Below the pieces are notes generated by a model. That model made no database searches. It was not told the DNA's origin and saw only the letters and a program-made list of their open reading frames with translations. Positions 23,601 through 35,200 of a DNA stretch of 64,000 nt are shown in pieces. Numbering within the stretch: the first letter of the stretch is position 1; every line of letters begins with the position of its first letter. The position numbers and the translations under genes are program-made. Source of the DNA: Tubulanus polymorphus (Eukaryota > Animalia > Nemertea); assembly GCF_964204645.1 (NCBI RefSeq), contig NC_134025.1, forward strand, positions 19,567,101-19,631,100, written 5' to 3'.

Positions 23601-26548
23601 CTTTTTCGCTGTATTTGCTACTTGAGATTGCTTTTTTCTGCAATTTTTTTGTCTGCAACTGGTTTTCCGAATCATTTTGAAAGCCATTCTAGATTAACTT
23701 TTGTTCATTGACAGGCATAGGTGTAAGGATGTACTGTGGTCAAGTGTGTCACTCATGGCAAAATCAGAGTTAAACATAGTTTCTTGTCCTCAATTGTAGT
23801 AGGGGTACCTCGATTCTATGCAATAGGGAACATTGCAGGTTGCCCCTAAAACGGACGCGAGTGCGTTATTATGTGCCCTTGCTCCGATGGAATCACGCAC
23901 AAAAATGCCCTTATTTGAAATCAGCACCCTGCCCTTTTTTAATGCTAGATGAAGCACTAAGGGAGCATTCAAACAGTAGATTATTATTATTATCAGTATG
24001 GTTTTTTTGGAGGGGGAGGAGGGGGTAAACAAGCAATGTACCAACTTTATACAGGGATAGGCGAATGTACATACTTTTCTGAAAGGGGGTCTCTAAGAAA
24101 TGTAAGTACTTAGTACTTAGTGGATGAGAGATATCCTAAATTGCATCATAACTGATACTAATTACAGCATCCTAATAACGCCCCACTCTCAATATCCTAC
24201 TTCTATGATTTACATGATTTGGCATAAGACATATCGTTACTATCAAATAATACAGTAAACTCCGGTTGCCTCCGAGCCGACCGTCTCGGATAATCAGTTG
24301 CCCCGGATCAAAAATAAATACCCTTTTTTTCTGTAACACATTCTCAATTAAAATATATCGCTTGGATCGGAGCCGATCAGGTTGGAATATCATTTTACTC
24401 GAGGTTTTTGCTGGAACAAACAATCTTTTTATGGCCCACCGCGGACACTGAGAGCGCGCGCGTGTTTTCTTATGGTTCATTCCGAGTATCGACCATGTAT
24501 TTATTTCCGACAGTGACTTGACCTGAATTCTACAGTATCATTTTCATTTATACATTCAATCACACACATAGTACTCATTTCCGTGATATTTTGAATTTAT
24601 TTGCAGTTCATATTTAGCGCCATTCTCGTGAGATTATCAACAACACGGAAATAAAATCCAAGCTCATCGCCAAACCCCTGTGGTCATCTCGGTAATAAGG
24701 AGGACCCAACGCAGAAATTCGTCATTTTTAAGAATAATCTTACTTGAAGCGGATTAGATTATCAATAACGAAGTTACAAACTGTTGAAGTGACATACCTA
24801 TCCACAGGGACTTGTCACGACTGATAATGGATGAGACCAATGATGGGGGTACCAGTATCCCTGCAACTGTATAATAAAATAACAAGGGTGGCAACAAATT
24901 TTCAATCTGACAATGACTTCTCCACTTCAATCGACTGTAATTCCAAAAATTCTCAACCGATTCACATGAAATAAGCTTTAATACAACCTAGAAGACTTTC
25001 TGCTTCGAACGAGCCTACAACCACCACTCTCCGACAATTATCTCACAACGAAATCACCTTTTTTTGACGAGAGATAGCTCAAAATGGAGGTGTACCGATT
25101 CTATGGTGGACAGCAAAATGGTCGTTTTTTTCAATTCAAACGATGATTTCTATGTGAGATCTTAGAGAAAACCCCAACAAACCATACATTTTTTAAAACT
25201 ACGCGGTCATACTTGTACGCTTATCTCATTTATTTGTATAATCCACGCGATGGGTGAGCTCACAAGCTCAAAATCGAAAATGAGGACGAACACGGCGTTC
25301 AACTTGTCATCAACTGGGCGGCCATTAATCACGTGATATCGTAGTAACGGGCTAAATATTTCACGCGCATTGATTGGCTAAGAGATTTCGAAAAACATTA
25401 CAAAATTTATTAAAAGTTCTGTTAATTAATAAAATATCCGTATTATGAAAATATAGTGCAACATTCGTCTGAGGGGTGGTATTATTAGCAAATATTTCCT
25501 TTTTTTCAAGTCTACAGACGTAGACTTGTCGCGGTTCTATTAACATAGCCCGAACCTGCACGTCACGTGATTAATGGCCGCCAGCGCGATAGTGCGAGGT
25601 GACTTTTTCGTATATTTGTTCGATTTTGAGCTTGCGAGCTCACCCATCGCGTGGATTATACAAATAAATGAGATAAGCGTACAGGTATGACCGCGTAGTT
25701 TTAAAAAATGTATAGTTTGTTGGGGTTATCTCTAAGATTTCACATAGAAATCATCGTTTGAAGTGAAAAATACGACCATTTTGCTGTCCACCATAGAATC
25801 GGTACACCTCCAATTTGAGCTATCTCTCGTCAAAAAACGGTGATTTCGTTGTGAGATAATTGTCCTAGAGTGGTGATTAAAGGCTCGTTGGAAGCAGAAA
25901 GTCTTCTAGGTTGTATTAAAGCTTATTTCATGTGAATCGGTTGAGAATTTTTGGAATTACAGTCGATTGAAGTGGAGAAGTCATTGTCAGATTGAAAATT
26001 TGTTGCCACCCTTGTTTTTTATATTATACAGGGATAGTGGACCTGGTCATTGATATTGGTTTTATTCATTCACTCTCAATTGTGTCAAGTCCCTGTGTAC
26101 CTATCGACCCATCTGACGGAGAGTTGGCTCCCTTTTTCCTTTATATATAGTACCTAGGATACTGGGGTCAAAAATTTGTTTGCGTTGTGTGCACTTCATC
26201 TCTTCGCAACAATATTAAAGGAGTGGGATAAAAGTACAGCGTTATCAAATATGCTTAAAATACCTTTCCGAGAGGAAATTTTTTCAGAAAGTCATCGGAC
26301 TTGTTGGTTTCACCAAATTTGAAGGCCGGCGATTCCAATTTCGCTCCACTGTACTGAGCAGCGATTAGGATCTTGTAAGACCGGAAATTTTCAGGATACG
26401 TGTAAAGTGTCTGCAAAGAGAAATGTACGTGTTTGACGAGGCGAAAGTAACGGTCATTATCCAAAACAATTAAAACACGTTCGACCTGTGGATAATGCGA
26501 TGTTATGCGATTCAATTTCATCATCGTTAAACTTACACTCGACGCCAT
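14665..26548 (-). CDS. EEF1G: Eukaryotic translation elongation factor 1-gamma (eEF1B-gamma), 414 aa
   Basis: 11 GT-AG exons in frame: 26548-26537, 26410-26264, 22695-22632, 22511-22369, 22166-22023, 20872-20743, 20258-20191, 18531-18449, 18371-18205, 15027-14903, 14826-14665 (1245 nt). Protein: [26 protein letters not shown]...[14 protein letters not shown]...FESNAIARY (GST-like domain), a lysine-rich linker, and a C-terminal domain with [21 protein letters not shown]...ESYTWRKMD. Confidence 0.96.
16664..17446. mobile_element. Non-autonomous DNA transposon with TTAA flanks (Kolobok-like termini)
   Basis: TTAA-AGGCCGACT ... AGTCGGCCT-TTAA. It is nested within a larger repeat whose arms are at ~15280-15700 and ~17600-17780. 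Confidence 0.6.
18078..18157 (-). ncRNA. SNORD70: Box C/D snoRNA, SNORD70-like (guide for the 18S Am512-equivalent), EF1-gamma intron 9
   Basis: Minus strand: C-like box ATGATGC ... TATTCGTCACTACCA-CTGA-GA. The 12-nt guide is complementary to the conserved 18S motif GGTAGTGACGAA, and the +5 rule points to the A of GGUA. It is in the sense orientation of the host gene and duplicated at 21591. Confidence 0.85.
18657..18789 (-). ncRNA. Box H/ACA snoRNA candidate, copy A (EF1-gamma intron 7)
   Basis: Hairpin TCCTATA..TATAGGA with an internal pocket, H box AGATAA, second hairpin TTTGGG..TCCAAA, then ACA plus 3 nt. About 133 nt, with a paralogue at 20011-20151. Confidence 0.7.
18901..19252. repeat. 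Foldback element whose arms contain tRNA-like Pol III promoter boxes
   Basis: Arms ~18901-19006 and ~19150-19252 are inverted copies. B boxes are GGTTCGAATCC (+, 19219) and GGTTCGAGTCC (-, 18933). Confidence 0.7.
20011..20151 (-). ncRNA. Box H/ACA snoRNA candidate, copy B (EF1-gamma intron 7)
   Basis: Same hairpin-AGATAA-hairpin-ACA layout as 18657-18789. Similarity between the copies is confined to the structured region. Confidence 0.7.
20301..20689 (-). mobile_element. Second HINE/Helentron-like family element
   Basis: The minus strand starts TTTTAGCTCCGCTGCG and ends CAGCGGAGCTGTATAAGCGGATAGGCCCCTTGTTT (subterminal IR plus 3' hairpin). It has internal tandem repeats. Confidence 0.6.
21591..21671 (-). 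ncRNA. SNORD70: Box C/D snoRNA, SNORD70-like, second copy (EF1-gamma intron 5)
   Basis: Same guide TTCGTCACTACCA-CTGA and ATGATGC box as 18078-18157. Confidence 0.85.
22253..22321 (-). ncRNA. Box C/D snoRNA candidate (EF1-gamma intron 4)
   Basis: 6-bp terminal stem CTGCTC/GAGCAG directly flanking variant boxes GTGATTA (C) and ATGA (D), 69 nt. No target recognised. Confidence 0.4.
22896..23958. mobile_element. hAT-like non-autonomous element
   Basis: TIRs CAGTGCTTCATCTAGC / GCTAGATGAAGCACT, TGCCCT-rich subterminal repeats and a partial TSD (AGGGA). Confidence 0.6.
24803..26097. mobile_element. Foldback DNA transposon with ~540-bp inverted arms and an 8-bp TSD (P- or hAT-like)
   Basis: CACAGGGACTTG ... 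CAAGTCCCTGTG, with TACCTATC on both flanks (24795-24802 and 26098-26105). Arms ~24803-25340 and ~25561-26097 are highly similar. Confidence 0.88.
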
Positions 26549-27078
26549 TGCACCGGATTCTAGAGGAAGTTCCTTTCCGGGAAGTGGGGCACGTATAGGT
26601 GGGTTGACCTAAAATTATAACCTCAGACCGAAACGACACTAAAAGACGAAAATATTCGCCTTTCATCACCATTAAATTCAAAGGACATGATTCTTTACTC
26701 TCTGCGACATTTCAGGCTTATAAATTCACTCGAGGCATCTGCCTTTTAAAAATCTTATTTTCAGGCACAAATTTCTTATATGAGTCTTTCATTGATATTG
26801 AATTTTTCCAACCAAAATATCCACTTGTTTTAACCATGGGCTCTTATACGATTAGAATACATATCTAACTTTTTTGACTACAACGGTTGATATGTTGACG
26901 GGTATGGGTTATTCTCATGACGTTGGCGGTATTTAGTATGACTGTCTAGCTTGGAGGAAGTTGCCCGGATGTTCCCCTCAGTAGATATCTACTTGTAGAT
27001 TTGTTTTCGTGTAGTATACATCGTATTTCATAGAATTTTTGCCTGTTTACTGGATATTCGGCAACAAATCTCGTCAAA
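26549..27078. promoter_or_regulatory. Bidirectional promoter region for EF1-gamma and calcineurin B, with a TCT/5'TOP-like motif
   Basis: Divergent ATGs at 26548 (-) and 27079 (+). The minus strand has CTTCCTCT ~15-20 nt upstream of the EF1-gamma ATG, and there are ETS-like CCGGAA / GGAAGT motifs at ~26575-26586. Confidence 0.65.
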
Positions 27079-30000
27079 ATGGTAAGAATTTAACCGATCG
27101 ACGAGTCTAGGTTTATGATTGAGAGGATATTTCTAAAAATTCTTTCAGTCCGGGGGTTTTTAACATGATTTCGTTGAATGTTTTTGCAATGCTGCATGTG
27201 TATGTTCTCTTCTGCTGGTTGGTTGTCAGTCACATATAAGAGGCCTACACACTCCACAGTTAAAAGTGCACAGCAGTACTGACTGGTGCCGTGCCAGTCG
27301 TCGTGAGGATGAGAGGGTGTGGAGAGGCATGGGGTAGTTAGGTCTAGCTAATTACTGTCTGTCACACCTACTCTCCGTGCGACGTTTTGGTCCGTAATTT
27401 CGTTAATAATCGGTTTATCTACCTTTATTATGCATCAATTTGTTCAGTGAGGAATTTGCATTCAGAAATAAACAACAATTTTTACTTAAGTTGTTTTTGT
27501 TTTCATTTATGAGCGATAGTTTACTCAGCATACGCTCGCATAATGCTGAAAAATCCGCTCCGCGGACGCTCGGAAACGTTACAGTGACGTCATCACCTGC
27601 TCATTAGCATATCAAAATACAGTAGGTGGCGCCACGTGACGGGCCATAAAAACCGTTTTTCAGCATAACGCGAGCGTATGCTAGGTAAACTATCGCTGAT
27701 AGAAGAAAACACAAACAAATTTCTGCCAGTTCATGATTTATTTCTGAATGCAAATTCCTTACTGAACAAATTGATGCATAATATTTACAGATCAACTGTT
27801 TATTAATGAAATTACGGACCAAAACGTCGCACGAAAAGCATGTGTGACAGACAGTAGTTACCTTATCGTTGGTGGTATGTTATGATCGGACGGGCTTGAC
27901 AGAATCTGATCATTGATTATGAAGCTATTATTATTAGAGTTATGGTTGGTGAGAGAGAGGCCAAAGTGGAGATGCAAATGTCAACAGAACATCACAACAA
28001 TTCCAGGAATGGATGCCGGCTCTTCATTTGCTTGGAATTTTGGATTTTTAATTCGTCATTTCCTCTTGACAGCCAACTAGCCTAATAGTCATCAACAAGC
28101 GTTGGGGAACACCAAAATTTTCTGAGGGAGGCCCTCTTTGCATCTTCTAGAGGGTGGCAAATATTATAGATAGGATATGGTACGAGATAGTTGAGACTAT
28201 TTTCAGTCTGGATTATAGTTGTTTCACCCACAATGTAAATTCAAAATACAATTTTTATTATTTTTGTTCTGACGTTTTGGGAGGATTACATCCACCCACC
28301 TTCATGGTCAATGAAACACGGTTGCTAGGTCACACCAGGAACCTCTCCTGAAACAGTTTTAACTGTGGAGAAAAAACCGTAACTGTACATGTACGTGTAA
28401 ATGTACAAAAAACTGTTAATATAAGTCCTGGTCTTTCTCCTCAGTTAAAACTGTTAGGCCTATACAATTCAGCAGGTTAGGCAATCAATAGTGCTGCAGC
28501 AAATTGTAGTTTCTGTGATGAAGGCACACTTGCGACATCTTCAGTGCCTCAGGGATCTAGTAGGAAGATGCTGTGTGAGCAGTATGCTCGCCCATGTTTT
28601 GATACTGTTCAATGTAAAGATGGATTTTGCCAATGCGACATAATCCTAGTTTAAATTAAACTAGGGTTATGTCGCTTTGGCATAATAACATTAAATTAAT
28701 GTTATTGGGCCTATGCCGATAACTCTACTCATTGCAATTGGCTAATTCGCATTGCGGATGCTTACTGAGGCGCTAATTTAGTTAGAAAATTTAAGGAAGG
28801 AATAAAACATAGAGTAAACCTCTTCTCACGTGAAAATCCTAAGACCTTTTTTTTATGCTCCTTGCTCAAATAGAGCTGTAGGCCTATAGATTTATTTGCG
28901 TCTGAATATGCCACCACAATTGACGTTAACAACCTAGAGCAGGGGTGGATCTAGGGGGAAAATCTGAGGGTCTTCTCCGAATTCTAGGGGGGGGGCGTTC
29001 ACAAATTACGTACCTTGGCGTCTCCAGTTACCGCACACGGGCAACTCGCAACTCATCAACTAGCCAATGAAAGAGCGAATGATTATCATGTGACTTCCAG
29101 ATACGGTTCGAGGCAGGAGCGCAGCCATCTTGACAAATCACATGATACAGATGGTTGGCGGGAAAGATAATCGCCTCTCCGTCGCCAGTGGTTGCTGACG
29201 GGTGACAGCAAGCAATCGTTTGCTCAGCGATTGCTAAAAAAATCGGTTGCAGCAAAAATGGCTCGTGTGCGCCAGGCTTTAGCAGGTGCACGTTTCTGAC
29301 GTCATCTCTGACAAATGTTCGCAGTTCCAGTCATTTGACTAGACATTTCATGCAGTATTTTATCTTTTTGTGATTTGAATTAATAAACTCTTACCAGTTC
29401 GAGAACACTGTTCATGTTTTACTGTACCTCCCCTTTTGACCTCAGGCCCTGTGTTCTTGAATCGGATCTAGCTCTTATACAGCTCCCCATCCAGCCCTGA
29501 ATGCATCAGTCATGCTCATAAATTTGGGGTTCTCAGTCCTGCCCATTTCTTTTACTAAGAGGGGCCGGGAAGACTGTCGCTGTTAATTTGCGAATCAGCG
29601 TTGCCAGGATCCCAACTGACTATGCTTTTAACTAAATCATCTGACTGGTACTGACTTAGGATCTCAATTTTCTCCAATGTGAGTTTTGGTTAAATCTCTG
29701 CAGAATTCACTAGAAAAGCCAAATCCTCCATTACCTGAGCGGGTGTCGGCACCGATTGGTCCAAATTCACGTGGAGACGTGGACACATCAGCAACCAAAG
29801 TATTGTGATCATTTCCTTTACCAGAGATAAAATCTGGGGGCAAATTTCTGCCTGAAGCTCTTTATCCATTCATTTTGAAGCATAGCCCAACCAAAAAGGT
29901 TGGTCCAAGCCCAAGGCAAATTTTAGCACAGGTCAGCAGGCGCGGATCTAGGGAGGGGGCCCTAGAATGTTTTTTTTATGCTTTAGTTTATCAGCAGCAG

Positions 30001-32253
30001 AAAAGGGGAAAGTATTTGTCATGAATTCTTGCCTCAGAATGCAGGAAATGGGCCCCAAAACAGAGTTAAATTTCAAAAATTTTCTGGGGACGGGCTAGGA
30101 ACGTCTCGCGCATACACCGCTCGGTGTCAATACAGTATCATCATAGCTACATTTATTAGGTGGTCCCCCCTAAATTGGGCTCTAGATCCGCCCCTGGTCA
30201 GTCAAATTATTGTGTGTGAATTGCAACTAGTTCCGGAAATGGCTCACCACTTAGTTTGAACATTGTGTAGTATTGATTGAGTGGTTTATGTGTAAATGCG
30301 CTCTTTAATTAGGCATGGGCCAAATTTGACGCGGGCCTGATCTGCGCCAATTTGCCCCTTGCCAGATTGCCAGCATGTGATCACGGCCTACTTGGCTTTA
30401 GCCTCTAAAATATTTCTAAGACTTATTACCTCCTCTAAGAGGGAAACACATTTAGCATTAAGAATATCCCTGAACTGCTGACGGATTGGTTCCAATGAAA
30501 ACAGTCTGCTTCTTGAGCTAAGGCAGCTGGCAGTTCAGCCATTTTGGGTCTCTGATTGAAGCCCTGTTTTCTTCCCTTCCTTTCATGGCTTTGAAAGATT
30601 AGAAACACATTAACCCAAGATAAAAAATTACAGGAAACTCTAACCCAGGCCTTTTTAACGTCATTCTTGATTTTATTTATGGTAAGTAAAAATAGCATTA
30701 TCAGTAATGGTATATGGTAATGGTTCATTGGATAATAATATTTTCCTGAGCAATGGAAAAAGATTAGATTCTTGTTTTGAATGATATTAAGCAATGGGTA
30801 CGCGTGTCTGGATGATACTTGTTAGGCTGCTAAATGTATTGGTGTATTGCTGACGAAATCCAGGATTAAAACTGTAGATAGCTTATTTTAGGTGATTGGA
30901 GGGTTTGGGTGATTGGAGGGTTTGGTTACAAGTTGCAAGTAATATATACTGGGCGCTACATGAAAAATACATCAATATAAAACGTAGCACAAGACAACTC
31001 TGACAGCCAAATTGTGTTGACAAAACGATTGATGTTAGATGAAACCTTCATAGAGTTATAAAAAAACTGATGTGATATGCATATTGAAATGGATCGTGTA
31101 TGACCTGAAATTGTTTGTGAATTTGGTGTAATGGTATTTTGATCATGTCTCTGATGCACATAATCTATTGAAAATCAACGTCACCAATCAATGGATTCAA
31201 ACCCACTACACTAAAAGCCGTTTTCCAAACCCCTTAACCTCGCAACTCGTTAGAGTCGTTACCAACCAGAATCCAGTTGGGCCAATCACAGCGCTTGTAA
31301 CAAACGTCATTAGGCTTCTGTTGAATTTATCGTTAAAATGGACCAATCAGCGAACATTTTAGTGAACGAGGAAGTATTTTCGCAAGTTGTTATATGACAA
31401 CATGCGCAAAAGCGCCAGTAATGAAATTGAGCGTCGTGAGGCCAGGGGGCTGGTTGAAGTCAGTCCAGGAGTGATTCTGGGCCCATAGCAAGCAAGGAAA
31501 ATGAAAAATATGATAAAAGTGAAATCCCACAGTTGAAGTATAAAAGATAAGTGATGCAACAACATTTCAGCTGTCACCATGATGTTACAAAACGGCTAAA
31601 ACTTTAATAAGAATTATTTGGGTAAACCTTAATTCTGAGATGATATCTCTATTACTGTATGGTTCTTCTATTTCAGGGGAATGAATCATCTTTACCTATG
31701 GAACTATGTACGAATTGTAAGTATCTCATAGTTTGTCACTGCAGATATTTTATTCATGTGGATTCATGGGGTAGCCTTTGTTTTAAATTTCTTATGATTT
31801 AGTCAAGATTAAAGAGTGGGAGGCATTTCGAATCTCACAGATTTATCATGTGAATCTTTGCTAATTAACTAACTGCATGGACTTGCATTATAAGCAAGCT
31901 GTTTCTTTAGAAAATATTTCAGCCCTTAGATAACAAAATGTTTAAATAATGGCATGTTTGGTCGATAAAATGAGCTAGAAGAATGTCATGTACTGTTTAT
32001 AAAGTGCATACACTAGATTTTAGTCAATTTTGGAAAATCAGAATATCTATTTGGTCAGCAAGTGAGTGCCAGTTAATGCTAAATCATCTCTGATTGGTCA
32101 ATGGACAGCGTTTCTCAAGGTAATCCACCAATTGGAATTAAGGATGCTTAATTGATTTTAAGAAAGCTGGTTCTTATTTTGCCAAAAGTGAAATATTCTG
32201 CAACAGTGTTTTTACATATATATGCTAAACTGTGTATGTACTTTATGAATGGT

Positions 32254-32289
<36 letters not shown>

Positions 32290-35200
32290 ATTTATTGATG
32301 TTTTAGTGAGTAACTCTCTGGGCAGCAGAGCCTGGTTAGTTCTAACCCTGTGTTCATATTGCTATTTCAGACCAGCTTATCCAGAATAAAATATGGCAGA
32401 GTTTGATTCAGATCAGCGACAGTCTACCGAAATATCCATATGGATTAGTACACTAGGGGGCATCACGCTTGAGTATTCAATAGTTACTTTTAAATTTAAT
32501 CTTTCATCTCTTTATTTATTTCGTTTTAACTTTGCATTTCAATTTCATTGTGACATCAAAACCTTGGGAGCTCATGCGTTCAAATCGGCACAATATAGGC
32601 CTTTCATTGCACATACATACTCTTGATACACACATTTACACACAATATATACACATTATGTAGTTGCTGTAGCGCTAGCTGTATATTCTCTGAATTGTAA
32701 ATTGCACTTTTTTCATCCAATGATTAGAGTTTTATTGAAAAATTCAGATAATTGTCCGTACTGCTTGATCTTACTAATTAATGGACCAATCGTGGTGTAA
32801 AACAATTAGATAACTTTCTACTAACAATGCCTGTCATTGGTATTTTTGACTGTCTTAGTTTGGTGATGGAGTTGAAGTTTCTTTTTTTTTTTAATGGTAT
32901 ACGCAACTTTGATTATTTCTGTTCCAAAAATTGAATCAAGCTTCGTGATCTCCTCATGACCTGTAGACTTTATTCATGTGACATCTTGGTGCTTCATAGC
33001 TGTCAAATGCATGCAGCTAGCCAAAGCCATTTGACTATAGCCAATATGAAACATGTAAGCAATGTGTGTGATGTCTGATATGGTCAAAACAGTAGACTCC
33101 TCACTCAAATCAATTGGGACCAGTCAGATATAGGTGACAGATATAATTGATTCTATAAGATGGGCTCACAGATTTGTGTTCAAGTTACGCAATAATATTG
33201 ACTGTAGATGATTCAAATTAAGAGGAGTCCACTGTGTTCAAATCATGAATCAACCTGAGTTATAATTGATAAGAATTTCAGAGTTGACGAGATAAAAGAA
33301 CCGGTATGTCTTACAAATCTTAGAAGTGCCCTCATTATGTGGAGAATTCATCCGTATCAGTAAAGAGACCATTTGTTAGTTCAGTTTACTGAAGTATGTG
33401 TATGCTTCGCTTCGTTAACGCTAACATTTGTCATGAATTGGTGACAGTATATATTGCTGCTGCGGTAATTCATTTCTTACTTGCAGCATCGTACTAAATT
33501 GATGTATGATATATCTCTACATTATTCATATAGAACATGTTTAAGGGCTGAATTAACAGTGAATCGATTATAGCGTATATGTGACCAAAATCTACCGATA
33601 TCCCATGTTGTATCAGACGAAGGGGTTGCATACACGTCTTATTGCACTGTCTTAGTAGGACCCATAAAATATAGGTTCCCTTATTTTTAGAATTTTCAAA
33701 ACCAATACATGCTACAAAATATCTTGGATTCATAGTTAATGTTGAGCACAACTATTTTCTATGGGGCTCAATTTCGACCTATACTCGTTGTCTCGCACCA
33801 TCTATGCTGTTTAGTGTACCTTATGAATTGGTACATGTTTTCCCTCATTACGTGTGCCTAAATATGCATGTGGAGGCATAGCAGAAATTGATCATTCTTA
33901 AGTTAATGTCATGTCACACAATGTCACAATTCTCAGTATTGCATGCACCTTGTTTGAGCATGAATTCTTTTGCACATTATTGATCATTCCGAATTTGTAG
34001 GCTTTTGGAAAAAAAACCATGTTTTTGAATCTATCTTGTTCTTGTTGTTTTGCTTGTTTATATTTCCTTTTGTGTATTGATATTTTATGTTTATATAACC
34101 AGAAAAAACTTGTGACATTAAGATATGGACTTGGCAGCAAGAGGACAGATAATTTATGTAGTACATGTATTTGAAAATTCGCTTAATATCAGGGTGATGT
34201 CACATATATTCCTTTCATTCCTAGAAACCTCAGGTCTTGGCGATATTCTGTCAAGCAGCATCGCATTGGCAGAGTCAGGATATGGAAACAGTTTCCATGG
34301 TTACTCAGCGGGTGGGCAACAGGTGTTGTATCATGATGCTTGCATATTCAAAAACTGGTATAACTGCCTTTTTCATTCTATAAGGGCTAGGGGGGCATGG
34401 GAAAATGATCCCTGTTACTAGCAGATATGTCATCAGTTTCAACTGTTATTTGACTAAACCCTCAGAGTATAATACAAGGTAATATTCTATTGAAGTATGA
34501 GTTACAAGGAAGCTGAAAAGTAATATGTAATTGAATTTAAAAATGACCAAGTACCCTATTGATCATGCATGTTACAGAAGAATATACATTTGTTGTCTAA
34601 TTTAGAAAAAAAGCTGCTACAGATTGAGATCGTTTTCATTATGAATTACGAAATTGGTCATTTTGGCTGCCGATATGAACCTATGACTTTCTCTGTTGGA
34701 TAAATTTCGCTGGAATTGTAACCAACTCACTGTGAGACGAAACTAATTATTAGATATCATTAAACAATTCAAACTGTACTCGATGAGATGTCACCAAGTG
34801 TAGAACCGTATATATACCATAGCTGTGCGCTGATCGAAGTTATGGCAATCTCAGAAGTTGGACAAAATTTATCAAATAAATTGAGAATCATATCAGTAGT
34901 GTGGGGTGTTATAAGATCTATTCATTAAACATATTAGTCGGAAGCAATGTCTATCTAGAGGGTTTAGGATTGAAAAAGGGGAGTAATAAAGTGAAATCCA
35001 TGTGTGTACATAGTTTTGAATATAGATATGGGATGGATGAGGTATACAAAAAAGATTGAAGAAAAAAACTAATAATAAATGCATTTTAACCTCTTGAAAA
35101 CTGTGAACTCTGGGCTTGCCATAAAATAACTCCTGCAATTCAATTTGATGGGAATCATATTACATTTTGAATTAATTATTAGATTAATTGATCGTTATTG

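Noticed and set aside
29705-29760. dUTPase motif 5-like peptide ([13 protein letters not shown]) on the minus strand
   Set aside because: No other dUTPase motifs are present, and another frame of the same DNA fits collinear DIRS RT motifs.
32371-32626. Alternative calcineurin B exon (acceptor at 32370, [11 protein letters not shown]...)
   Set aside because: No compatible donor or similarity was found, and the canonical exon chain is complete without it.
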